This document shows, piece after piece, positions 26,831-38,471 of a stretch of DNA of 64,000 nt. Where the stretch lies: positions 42,904,001-42,968,000 of the forward strand of contig CM114271.1 of the NCBI GenBank assembly GCA_050084515.1. The letters run 5' to 3'. The notes beneath the pieces were generated by a model, which worked only from the letters and a program-made list of their open reading frames with translations, ran no database searches and was not told where the DNA came from. Position 1 is the stretch's first letter. Every line of letters starts with the position of its first letter. The translations under genes and the position numbers were made by a program. This stretch comes from Blasia pusilla. Its lineage: Eukaryota.

Positions 26831-26974
26831 AATTATGCTCTATCTCTTGAGCATAAATAGTCCATTTTTTAATTGAAAATTTTCTCAGCATCGTAGTTTT
26901 TTCCTTTTAATACCGTCTTGGCTTCTAAACAAGCATTTCCAAAGTGGAAAACTTTATTTTCATGAAGTATTTTT

Positions 26975-26977
<3 letters not shown>

Positions 26978-27036
<59 letters not shown>
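26978..27036. repeat. (TC)n microsatellite, about 29 units
   Basis: Perfect TC run read directly from the sequence. Confidence 0.97.
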
Positions 27037-27037
<1 letters not shown>

Positions 27038-29572
27038 ACTTAAAGTCCTCTTCAAGAGATATTGGGTTCTACTCTCCCCTTGGATAGTGGTGGGATATAT
27101 CCAATTCTCCCCTATGATAGTGGTGGTGCCTTGACTATTCATGTGTCTGGATAAATGAAATTCCAAACCTTCCAACAAAAAAAAAAAAACCAAATCTCCT
27201 TAGTGAGAACCCCAAACTGAAATCTAGATGTAAAGATGTATGTCGAGTGGGATGCCAATATCACATATGTGGAAGGGGTCCAATAAGCGAGATCAGCTTC
27301 TTATGGACATCTCACTTGAACCTACCAAAATCATTTTTTGACCTATGACTCTAAATGTCACAGTATTAACTTTATCACTTTTTTATCCGTATTCATTGTT
27401 TAACCTCATTTTTCCTTAGATTCATTGTCAAGATTTAATGTTTTATTGAATTTTACAGAGGATGTGCTTTACCAAATTTTCTAAGAAGGTAAGATATGTC
27501 CAAGACTACCTAGGCATAGTCATGATCTATGTAGAGATTTTGTGACCACATTAGTGTCATTTAATAGTGGTTTCAACAAGTTACAAGAGTTTTTGGAGTG
27601 TATCAAGTTAACAACCATATGGAGGATATGCATATGAAGGATAATCTTAAGGAGAGACATGGCATGTTGAGTGTCTCTTCTCGTGGCAGGAATGTATCAT
27701 CATTATCATGGGATATAAGCATCAATTTGTAAAGTGTAGACAAGCTTATGAGATAATTATGGAGTGATGCCTTTATTCTAAAGTAGAAGGAGTCATGTGA
27801 TGCTTGTGCTCATAGACTAGTGATATTATCAACATTAGATATAGGATCAATTATGTGGTGGTGTCTAGGGATGATGTATGAATGTTGTATCTCTTTGAAG
27901 GGATAAGCATGAATTTGGATGTAGTATTGCAAGAAGACTTGTTGTGCAATCTCACATCTCTATAGTATTGTAGAGAGAGATAAGATTGCACAACGAGTCT
28001 CATTTTGCCATATAATAATATTTGCGTAGTAGTAGTCTAAGTTGTTACTAGTATTACCAATATGTGGATACAAACATATATTAACCAAAGATACTTCATT
28101 ATTCGGAGCATAGGATTTGGATAATGTTTGCACCATTCACTTTAAAAAAATTGTATTGTCATTTCAAGATAGTTCCTTGGCTGATCCAAGGTTTGGTTTG
28201 CACAACCCAAGGGTAACCATATTTTGGAAGATGATACAAGTCTTAGGGCACTTTTAGGAGAGTCCAATTTATTCTCCATGACACTTGCTAAAAGTTAAAT
28301 ATGCATTTTGGAGAATGTATCGTTGTTAGATAGCATTCATGCACGAGTTACGAGGAGTATGCATCAAGTGGGATCCTAGTTTGGACCAATAGTGGTATTA
28401 GATATGATAAGCATTTGATCAAACATGCATTATCCATGATAGTAATATTGTGGATGACAAGCCTTATACCATACGTGACAAATGTTTAATTATCACAAGC
28501 AAGAACAACACACATCAAGTTTCCAATGCATACATTCTTAGATTGTGATTGTATCTATCTCTAGTTTGTCTTTCCATATTATAAGATTCCAAACACTTCT
28601 TTGTTTTGCTTGTCATAACTAGTAATAATGTTATCTATGCGACTAATATTTCACGACAAATTATAAGTAATAATAAAAAGTAAGACATAATTTAAATCCA
28701 CACCACAATTCGAAAAGATGCATATTTGTGAAAAGAGAACTGTACATGAAACATAAGTAAATTTAATTTATTTTCCAAACTTTTCTTCATAGTATCTTTA
28801 CGTTATCCGTATCTTCCATTCCGATAGTGAAGGTGCTGATCCAGTTTACTCGGAGGTCAGATGCGCGTTCGCATTGTGGGAGCATCTTGCCATACCTACG
28901 TAGCCCCGGGACAGCTGTATTACCTTGTGATGGGAACATGGCCGGGGGGCACCAGCGTGTACTCCTGTAGCAAAATCCTAGTACCGTACAACAGGGAAAC
29001 CAAACGTTGAGTAATCAAAGGTCGTTCCTGACTCTCCTGACGTTTCGGAGGCTTGGGCTCGCGCGCAGGAATAGGCACGCTGCGTGGGCGGCTTTGCTTG
29101 CTTTGAAGCGACCGAGCTTACATGCGCCCGGACGGACGATGGGATTTGGTGCGCAGCGTCGAGGAGAGATCGGGGGAGCACGAGAGGTGCCGTGAACAGT
29201 TGCTCGGGCTGCTTGGGGACAGGAAACGTGGACAGACCAGGCCTTTTCTGTACCTTTTTCCAGAGTATTCCATTATCCGGACGTGAATGGAGAGCCAGCA
29301 TCTTAAACTAACTCTGGACGATCCGGGGCGACGTGGGCATGTCTGCTAACTTTTGACTCAATAGCTTGGCAAACCTGCACAACACCGGGAATGCTTGGGA
29401 CTGCATTCCCTTTGAAAACCGCATTGTAACGAGCTCCTGCTTTGTGGGGGTAGCCATGGTACCCGAAAGCAATGTCCGGGGTTACGTGTTGAGCTAGCCG
29501 GAAGAATTTGACAATTTCTGATCTAGTTTCTCACGGTTCAGGTGGGTTTCCTTTGTTGTTGTTTATGTTTAG

Positions 29573-29943
29573 CCGGCTGGGATGAAAAGAAAATCGAAAA
29601 TCTCCGTTCGGTTTTACGCAGACCGGAAATGTACCGGTTGTCACGAAAAAACTCCCCGGACCTGCCCGAAAGATGCTGCTTTTGGCCGCAGCAAATCGGA
29701 TACAACCTGAAAGCTGGATCAAGGGCAGGCGACAATGCAGATTTATCAAAGTTGCGCCGGGTTCTTTCGGATGAGATAAAAATACTCCTGGCTTGGAGAG
29801 ATAATTACAAGTTGCTGTACATTGGATTAGGCGGATGCTGCCAAGATTGCAGAGCTTCTCCCGCAATCAGCCAAGTGAAAACTGTGCCCAAGTATGAAGG
29901 CTATTGGATCCCTGGCACACATCCCACTGCAGCTCCTATCTAG
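29573..29943 (+). CDS. Possible terminal exon of an unidentified small gene convergent with the RAD51AP1-like gene
   Basis: Open frame of about 120 codons after a pyrimidine-rich TTTAG acceptor (GWDEKKIENLRSVLRRPEMYRL...YEGYWIPGTHPTAAPI*). No family recognised and upstream exons unresolved. Confidence 0.3.
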
Positions 29944-30019
29944 ACCGAAAGCCCTGCCCAGGGAACAGCTAGGGAAAACAAGGTTTGATAACCTCGAGAC
30001 GTAATCCAGTACTTTGTAA

Positions 30020-33000
30020 TTAATTGCCTGTCAGATAAGGATGCAACGGAGGAGGTCTGCATCTTCTTGAGAGTCCTAAAACTCGGCGATGGAGTACGTT
30101 CGGTGCTACGAGTTGTAACGGAGCATCACCTGTAAGCCAAGGTGCAGCAAGTCAATGGCACAAACGTGGACACAGTTAATTATCAAAACGGGAAAGCGGC
30201 CTCCTTCAAGCGCGTATAACAAGAGTAACAAATAAGTAATTCACTTATGCAAAGAGTCCTTATGAGGGGCTTTCCAGAACGCAGAAAATCTTGGTGGTTG
30301 ATACGTCCACAAAGAAGAACGTAATGGACCAGACAAATATTCGACAAAGCAGACCTAATATCATGGCATCATGCGGAGTCCAACCGTGTGAGACTCGACC
30401 TGGAGATCTAGCAGAGAGGTTGTCTTGTGCGGCTTCCTTATTAGCCATCTTCATCCGCAACTTCGCTGGCTGCAGGTCTGCAGACGAAACTTGGAAAGTC
30501 GCACTATTAGCTAACGTTCATCACATTTTGTGCTCTTCTTCTAGACCTCACTCATACACGCTTATACGGCTTCAAACACCTTGTTAGATTGTGTGTTTGA
30601 AGGAAGGCACTGAACTTACTCGGAATGTTCGTGCGAGCTCCAAGGCCCCGGCTAGAGACCTTTGAGACCACTGTTTTGCGAAGAGCTTCGACACATTGGT
30701 TCTCTTTCGAGTTGAGCGTCTGGAAAAGCCAGCGCGCACCTAGTCAGGAATTACAGGACCTCTTGCAACAGAAAATAGAAAACCTTGGTGTGTAGAGAAA
30801 AGATGGACTGCGGGTTCTACAATTACTTACTACATCGACAGGTCATTGGGTAGGCCAGTCGTGAGTTGAAGATGACAATCTCCGTTACATAGCTTAAGTT
30901 GACGAGCTCGTGTATCATTTTTAGTTGAAAAAAAAACCATGGTCGAGCAACTGACTCCCACGAGGTACAAATATCTCACCGGTGGGTTAGGAGTCTTCCG
31001 TGATATAGCTCTTTGGTGTCCGATTGAAGTTGATCTCCTTTCAGATCCAGTACTTTTGGTCCTCGGTCCCTGCAGACATCGAATCAAGACTCACTACTAC
31101 AAAACAACCGACAAACTTTCTAGGAGTTCATCTTTACTTTAGAGAAGTGGCATCAGAAATCAATGAGGAGGTGATTCCCTCCCAATTCATTAACCTCCAA
31201 ACTTTCTCAAGACAGCTAAGAAGTAAAGGTGACTTCATTTGACATAAATACAAACGTCGCCTATTGGTCCGTGAATCTGTTTTGCTTCAACAAGCACCAG
31301 TAAGCCATTCCATATCTTATTGTTCAGGTAAGAACATGCTGAACGGGTTGTGAAGAAGAAAAAACGGTGGGTGGTTTTGAGGCAAACGAACAATACTTTT
31401 GTGACGGGAGCCAGAACAGTAGACCGTGACCGTTTCTTCGTTGCACTAATCGTACTAGCCCTCGCTTGGCGGCCTCGCTTCGTATCAGCCTCAGAACCGC
31501 TGGATTCCTCGCTACAGAAATCTGACTCATCGTCTGAGCTGTCGCCATTGACTACATCTTCCTGGAACCAATCCTCATCATCCTCACCATCCTTAGCGGG
31601 GCTTCCGAAGGAAGCTTTCACAGTGGTCTTCTGCAAGCGCAACAAATATCACGAAAGGAAGAATTTCATATTCAGGAACTGTGAGAACTTGGATAAAACT
31701 GCTGTATTGACGAGGACTCAGAGTGATTTCTGAAACTGAAATCAGTTTTGCTTCAACAAGCACCAGGAAGCCATTCCATATCTCATTGTTCGGTCATCTA
31801 TGGTGAAGACGACGATGAAAACCAAGTAAATACGAATCCAAATTAAACCAAATAACAAAGTGGGAAGCGTGAAAAGAGATTAGCACGAACTAATGAAGGG
31901 TAAAAAAAATACCCTACTCGGCATTGCTGTGAGCAGAAGGAGGGATTCACCTTTAAAGGCGTCCGAACATTCTTCTTACATTTGTTACCCTCTTTCATAT
32001 CAAGACTTTCCCCTTCCTCGTGCCGAGTATCACTCGGTCGATCTGGGAAACCTTCTACCTCTCGTCTTTGAGCACCTCCGGATATACTGCCCTCAAGCTC
32101 TGAAGGCTGGAACGCGTTCTCAACGTCTGAAGCTAAGGTGTGAGCCTGTTTCAAATCACTGTCTCATCAATTGACACCTTTGAAACAACTCCCCTGAATG
32201 ACAACCGCCCTACACCCAATGAGAATGAAATTTACTTTGTAGGGTTTGTGGATGAAACTACGAATTATGCAGAAGAGTGCTCCTGTACGAGCAATAAGAT
32301 GTGATGAAATAAAATGAATCGTTTGACAATCTACCTGTCGGCCTTCCTCCATTTCCTTAATGGTCCCAGTATTGTCGATCGGAACCAAGCAAAAGCTATC
32401 CTGAATATCCTCCGCCATTGGCTTCGAATTGCTCACATCGAAAGCCACATCCAGCAACCTTTGGAAGGCGCCTCCAGCATCGTGAGAGGGCAATTTTTCA
32501 TCTTCTGAATCGGAGACTTCGACGCGATCGACGCGGCTTAGATTTGGAGCATTGCAGATTCCACCGTTGCGAGGAAGTTCGGGCGGCAAGACGGCATTGT
32601 GAAGAGACTCCTTCAGAGCTCTTTCCAGCTCCCTTGCTTCTGCCCGCTCCTGAGGTGACCAACCCCGTCTTAAGCATGTCATCAGAAACTCAGGAGTAGT
32701 TTTCGGTAATGTGCACAAGGTCAATGCAGGGAGGAAATTTCTATGCACGTGACATCAGTCGGTAGCTGCAAAATTTAGATGCTCGATCCGAAAATCAAGA
32801 ATCAAGCAGCATTATGGGCACTACACATCGACAGGGTTTATCTTATACTGTTTAGACATAAGGAGCACAATCAGCAAACGGGGGTCGTTGCAAATTGACC
32901 CCGCCTTCAACAAGATGTAATTTTAAATATCAGAGCTCAAATTCCCTGTGGCAGGCAATGAGGGGGCCGCGAAAGTTCTAACCTTAGGATTTGCCCGCTC

Positions 33001-33875
33001 CTGCATCAAGTAGATCACAAGCAGACCACACGACAGGAGATTTAAGATTTTGAAGATAACAAAAATGCTTTTGAAGAGTAAACCCATTACTATCCTCACT
33101 TGACGAATGATTTTTGGGAGCCAATCTGGAATTAACGAAAACCAATATTATTGTTCGTTATATTTGCTTCTATGAGATTGTGCCAAGTGGGACCATTCCA
33201 GAAAAGTTCTTTCCAGGACAAGGACCTCATCTTATCCTGGAATGTTGCAAACCAACAGAAATTTAGACAAGGCCCACCGTTGGCGAGCGCCAAATCAGGT
33301 TCGATTGTGTGAGTCCAATGCTCGTTGTCAAAACTGACTGATTTCAGACGAGATTGTTGATCACCAGGGCAGTAGTCGTAGATTGGCCTAGCTATCATCA
33401 TTTGCATATGAACCCAAGGGCCGTAAAGTCACAGCGTGAGCGAACCCGGGAGAACCGCAGAGGAACAAGACTTACGACTGTCCTATCTTGGCATTCCACG
33501 GAGGACGAAGAACTGGATTTGGAAACAAATGAGCTAAAAGATATAGAACCCCCACGCGAGGAAAAAGATGAGAGGATTACGTTAGAACAAATGGAGGGAA
33601 TACGGACGGTAGCTCAATACTCTACAGCGCCGAACCTCAGACTAGAACAATAAAATAAAATGCCCACTTCTCCGTACCTGTGTTCTGCTCTTCTTCAACG
33701 CCAAATTCTTGCGTCCCTTTAAGGCGCCTGTTGTGTCTACTCTATCCTTACTCCTGTCATCCAATGCATCAGCCCGTTCGCTCAAATGTCCCGCAAAACA
33801 CAAATCCTCGTCATCAGAAGAATCCACCTTGTAAGAAACATTCGCCCTTGTTTGTCTCGTTCTGGAAGCGCCCAT
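30020..33875 (-). CDS. Intact-looking 8-exon gene; low-complexity charged protein with C-terminal RAD51-interacting-like motif (RAD51AP1-like), 454 aa
   Basis: Exons 33875-33678, 32649-32335, 32145-31951, 31630-31397, 31069-30980, 30719-30620, 30477-30355 and 30129-30020. All are GT-AG and phase-compatible, totalling 1365 nt with no internal stop. Motifs: RANVSYKVDSSDDED, ELERALKESL, DDESDFCSEE and terminal RRVLGLSRRCRPPPLHPYL. The exon 3 acceptor and exon 7 donor are the least certain. Confidence 0.8.
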
Positions 33876-34502
33876 ACCTCAATCTTTCCACCAACCGTCT
33901 CACTCTCGACCCGGCACCGCCGTCTCAATCCTCACATATGCCAGGTAGCCCGCCGGCACACGAAATCAATCCACCTCCGACTCCAACTCCAGCACCATAG
34001 CATCACTCCACTGCGCTCGCAAAATGCAACGGTATCGCGTACTCCAGCTGTGGATAGCCACCATCGCCGCTAACTATCGCGCGCCATCGGAGAAGACGCT
34101 GGAGAATTCATATGCACGAACAGGGAAACATCCTCAGCGCACGCATGGAAATGTAAGGAATCTCGGAGGGAGACAAGTGTTAAGGCTCGGAACTCTGAAT
34201 CCATTCAAACGCGGGGCTCTCCAACCAGAGAGAGTGCCGTGTGTGAATTGGCGCGCCTAAAGCACCAAATCAAAACTGGGCACGCAGTCTCTTGCACCGT
34301 CGGATTTCTGACTGTACTCCTATTGCGAGAGCGGCTTGATTGAGGGATATTTCTTTGAACGGGTGAATCTATATTATTAGGATTAATTGTTTGGGAAAAA
34401 AATGTTTGTTCATAGAATGGAAAAAACAAAATTACTAGAATAAGAATGGAAAAGATTTGTTTATGATAAGTAGAGAGGAGTTCGCAAATAAAGAAGAGAC
34501 TT

Positions 34503-34690
34503 TCTCATAATAATAAAATTTTAGGATGCCTTCTGGATTTCCAAACATCTTCTTATTTGACATGTGGCAAGGGGCAGCAAGAAAATGCTTTCTATTATAC
34601 GGGAAATAAGAAAATGTTTCACCCTCTACGGGTAGGAATAAAACAACATGTAATTAGTCCCGTCACTCTCGTGCATGGGCTGGCAACTAG
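34503..34690 (+). mobile_element. Non-autonomous Helitron related to the 24040-24682 unit
   Basis: Shares GCCTTCT.GATTTCCAAACA...GACATGTGGCAA..GGGCAGCAAGAAAATG with the trimer. It has a TC start, an imperfect CCCGT...ATGGG hairpin and a CTAG|T end. Confidence 0.75.
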
Positions 34691-34691
34691 T

Positions 34692-34911
34692 ATTCACATA
34701 CGTGAAGCTTCCTAGTTCATGATACGAAGGGATGAGCGATGGATTACAGAAAGCCTCCTCCACCTTAAAATCTCCTGCACTTTAAAAGAGGAAGATAAAT
34801 TAAGAAGAGATAATTAAATTAAATAAGGAAGGGTAAAAAGGACACGAGATGTAACGCTATAATTTTTTTAAATTCAAGGTTCACCTGTGGTATGCACGGG
34901 CAACACTCTAG
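34692..34911 (+). mobile_element. Second, unrelated short Helitron-like element (3' end clear, 5' end approximate)
   Basis: Hairpin CCTGTGGTATGCACGGG followed by CAACACT CTAG|T, with CTAG at 34908-34911. Confidence 0.6.
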
Positions 34912-35266
34912 TATGTAATAAAGTATACTATGTCTATTGCCCCACGCAAAGATATGATGGGTAGCTAGGAGACTCAATTCACAATCATGGGGATTGGTAC
35001 GAATTTATTTACTATGACAAGTCAAAGTAGGCTCCGTGTCATGGAAAAAAACTACTATATGCTAAAAGAGGGACACCACTATGGATCAAATTGGAACTTT
35101 GTAATAAAACATCTTTCCCATGCGCCGTTGATTACTGAAATTTTGAATTATAAGATGGAAAATTCATAGCTTACTTCTCCTTAATAAGAAGACCACTCAC
35201 AGTACTCACCAAAGCTCGAGACTTACGACTTAGAAGGTAATTATAAAACTCATATGGTAGTCTACA

Positions 35267-36289
35267 TGGCGTACGTCTACTCCTCTGGAATGTCAATCTC
35301 AAGTATTACGGAAGCATACGTTCAATAGGTCACACTCTCCTTATTTACTAGCACCCAAACACACTTACGTTAGTGAGTTTTTGGGTCAACAAGTCTCACA
35401 TCTCCCAAGTCTTGGACTCGGGCTATCCTTCAAGCTCATCAGACCTAAGTGGTTCAGATACCATCCTAACCCTTCGCTCCCTTACACAAGCAATTAAGTC
35501 CTTCAAGACTTATGACAAACTTCATTGATAGTTCAAGAACCTAGAACGGCATCATAATGTTTGGCGGTCCCAACTTCCCAATGGATCTCAAATGAGTCTC
35601 TAGCGAGATCTAATGTATGAGCCACAAGTCAAGATCCAAGGTTGATATCCATAATTTATCCGCTTGGGCTTGGTTTGGTATTCGTAACCCTAAACCAACC
35701 TCTCGATCCATTATGTGCCTTTGGTTCACCCCCCACGGTTCCCCAAGGTAGGATTCTGGTCCCAAACTCCCTTCGAGACCTTCCCCTTTATATATAGTTC
35801 TAGAGATCTCCACCCCCTCCCTACCTTTGGGAAAGTCCTCTTGGGCCGTTGCTTGTGGCCCTCAACCCAAATATCATTTTGATGGTTAAGGGATGATTTC
35901 TCAATCTCTACTCATGCATTTGTCTTGATCTTTAGTACGTTGGAATTAACTTTTCCTAAGATTTCCAATGTCATCTTGTTGATAAAAAATGCATCTTAGG
36001 TCTATCCATTAGGACCTAAAATGCGTAGAAATCCCAAACGCTTAATCAAGTTCCAAGTCCCTTTGCGCCCAACTCTTGTGGGACTTGAGCTCCTCTCAAG
36101 TCTTGTTTGGCGTTTGATATAGTTCTACTAGGTCATTTCCATCATCACTTGAGGTGCCCAACAAGGCTTGCGTATCTCTTGCAACTCATATCTCATTCTA
36201 TAGACTCTAACGTGCTTCCATCCTAGTATGAGCCCATTAGAGTTATGATGTTCCACATCGTCGCACGTTTGGCTATGAGGGTTGCGACA
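35267..36289 (-). mobile_element. Gypsy-family solo LTR with TSD CTACA
   Basis: TGGCGTACG...TTGCGACA; CTACA at 35262-35266 and 36290-36294; diverged homolog of 2698-3713. Confidence 0.88.
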
Positions 36290-38471
36290 CTACAAGCTCA
36301 AAAGTCATTTTTGGCTCTCTTCTTCCAATCTCAACAACAAACACGATAAATCCTGAACAAGGCACTGAGCTTATCTATTCAAGTGTCCAGAGACTCCAAG
36401 ATGAGAACAAAGTGTTCATTCAAACTCCTCCTCGATCTCTCTTGACTTCAAACACCTTCAATCAACAATCATACTTTCCTACAACACCCTTGTGCACTTG
36501 GTCTCATTTTTTGAAAGTTGGAGAAATTATCTTGATATGATTTTAACTTTGTAAAAAACACACGTCTTTGATCTTTCCAAACGCTTATCCTTCCAAATTT
36601 CTTTTAAGGAGCTTTTGCCATTTAGCAACTTTTGAATAGTAAGGACTTTTCTATTCATCATCCGCCAATCTTAATACCTTACAAATTTAACTCAAGGTAT
36701 TACATTCTCTTTCTCTGAGATTTACTCTTGACCAAATGTGTGTGGATATTCTTTGGCCGTGAACAAGGTACCAATGCACCACTACTTTTTGGACGGCAAA
36801 TCCTCGTGATTAACCTCCACCTCCTATCTTTTTTCCTTTTTAACTTTAAAAGTCCTCTTTTCACTTTACGGGAGTTTAGCCTTAATACTTATTCTCGGCT
36901 AACATTAATAATTTTCTTCATAGTATTACATGAGATGCTTCACAAGGCTTTACTACGACTTTCCTTACGAGATCTTCTAGCTTAGACTTCTAAGGCCCCA
37001 AGTCTTGATTTAGGTGATTAGACTTACTTGTGGTTTTAATCTTCATCATCCTTGTAAGTTTAGAATACACATGCGCACTTAAGATGCAACGCATGTATTT
37101 TGTTTTCTTAACACATTACGTCTACTTTATATGCATACACACTACGACATCCCATGGGTGACCCGTGGGTGGTTGTAGGCGTCAATCACGGCCAAAAGGT
37201 TTCCCCAATATTCAAGTGGCTCTTGAAGTGCCTTTCGGATTGTGATAAGACATCTCATGCATCTCCATGGTCATGTACTAGCACGTAGCAACCTCATAAC
37301 ATTGAGACTATCCAAAAGAGTCCGCCCCATTCCATAAATTATTCGTGATTGAGAGCTACAAACAATCCTTCACATGGACATCCCCCTTCATGGGAAACCC
37401 TAAGTGACTTGCCCTACAAGTACTCATATAATCTTAGATGCCATCGATTTGTAAGTATAAATCAATAATGATTTTGAATTGTAAATTTGTATTTCCGTTT
37501 GTGATATGAATTGCATTTTTCATATCTACTCTTCATGAAGCCAAAGATAACTTTCCTTGAGAGAAAAAAAAGGAGCAACCAAGTATATCCCAAGCTTTTG
37601 AAAAAAGTAACCTCAAGACTTATTATTGTTCGTGGCAAAAGGAGCAAGAATAGGAAATTGATATCGATGCAAATAGAATAGTAATATGAAGTTCCATGCA
37701 CTCAATTGGATCAATGGGTGAAAATTTATCTCCGTTAATTATCCCTATAATGTTCTATTAATCTATATGATACTTAAAATAAACCATGTATTTATCTGGA
37801 AGATGGAGTGCTAATCTCAAAATATTTTGGTTATTTTGATTGTAAATCAAACTCAAAAGTTTGCCAATGATTGCAAGAGTTGGTTGCATAAGCATTTCCA
37901 TACATGAAGAAAAGTGTAGAAATGAGCATGTCATTAACACATATTAGGAGAAAATCACAAGTTTCACCTGTTAGACAAAAAGAATTCAATAAATTTTCAC
38001 CTAGCATCAAGATAATACATTACATCATCAATGATCTCCATAGACATTGAAAATATATTCACATCTTTAGACACCTTAAATAATACTATATTTGATCCCT
38101 TATATATATGGGATAGAAAATTATATATCATATAGATGGGACATACAATTATGTATATCCCATCCCATGTATAACTAAGAATAATTGTACAGTTTGTGTT
38201 TCATACGGAGAATTATATTTTCCAAACGTCTTATGCCACCCCACTTACATAGGAATAGAGAATATCTACTCAAAGTTCCCAAAGTGATTAAACTTCCATC
38301 TTGTTAGGTGAAGGAAAACATGCTAAGGAGGTGGGAAACTCAAGTGTGCAAGTTTTCCCCAATTCAGGGTGCATTTGAGGCTATTTGGAGGGGTTTACTC
38401 TTAATAATTCAAGATTTTATAACCATAATTTAATTCTTTATTTGGAACGTGCCTCTTGATCCGTTGCAAAG

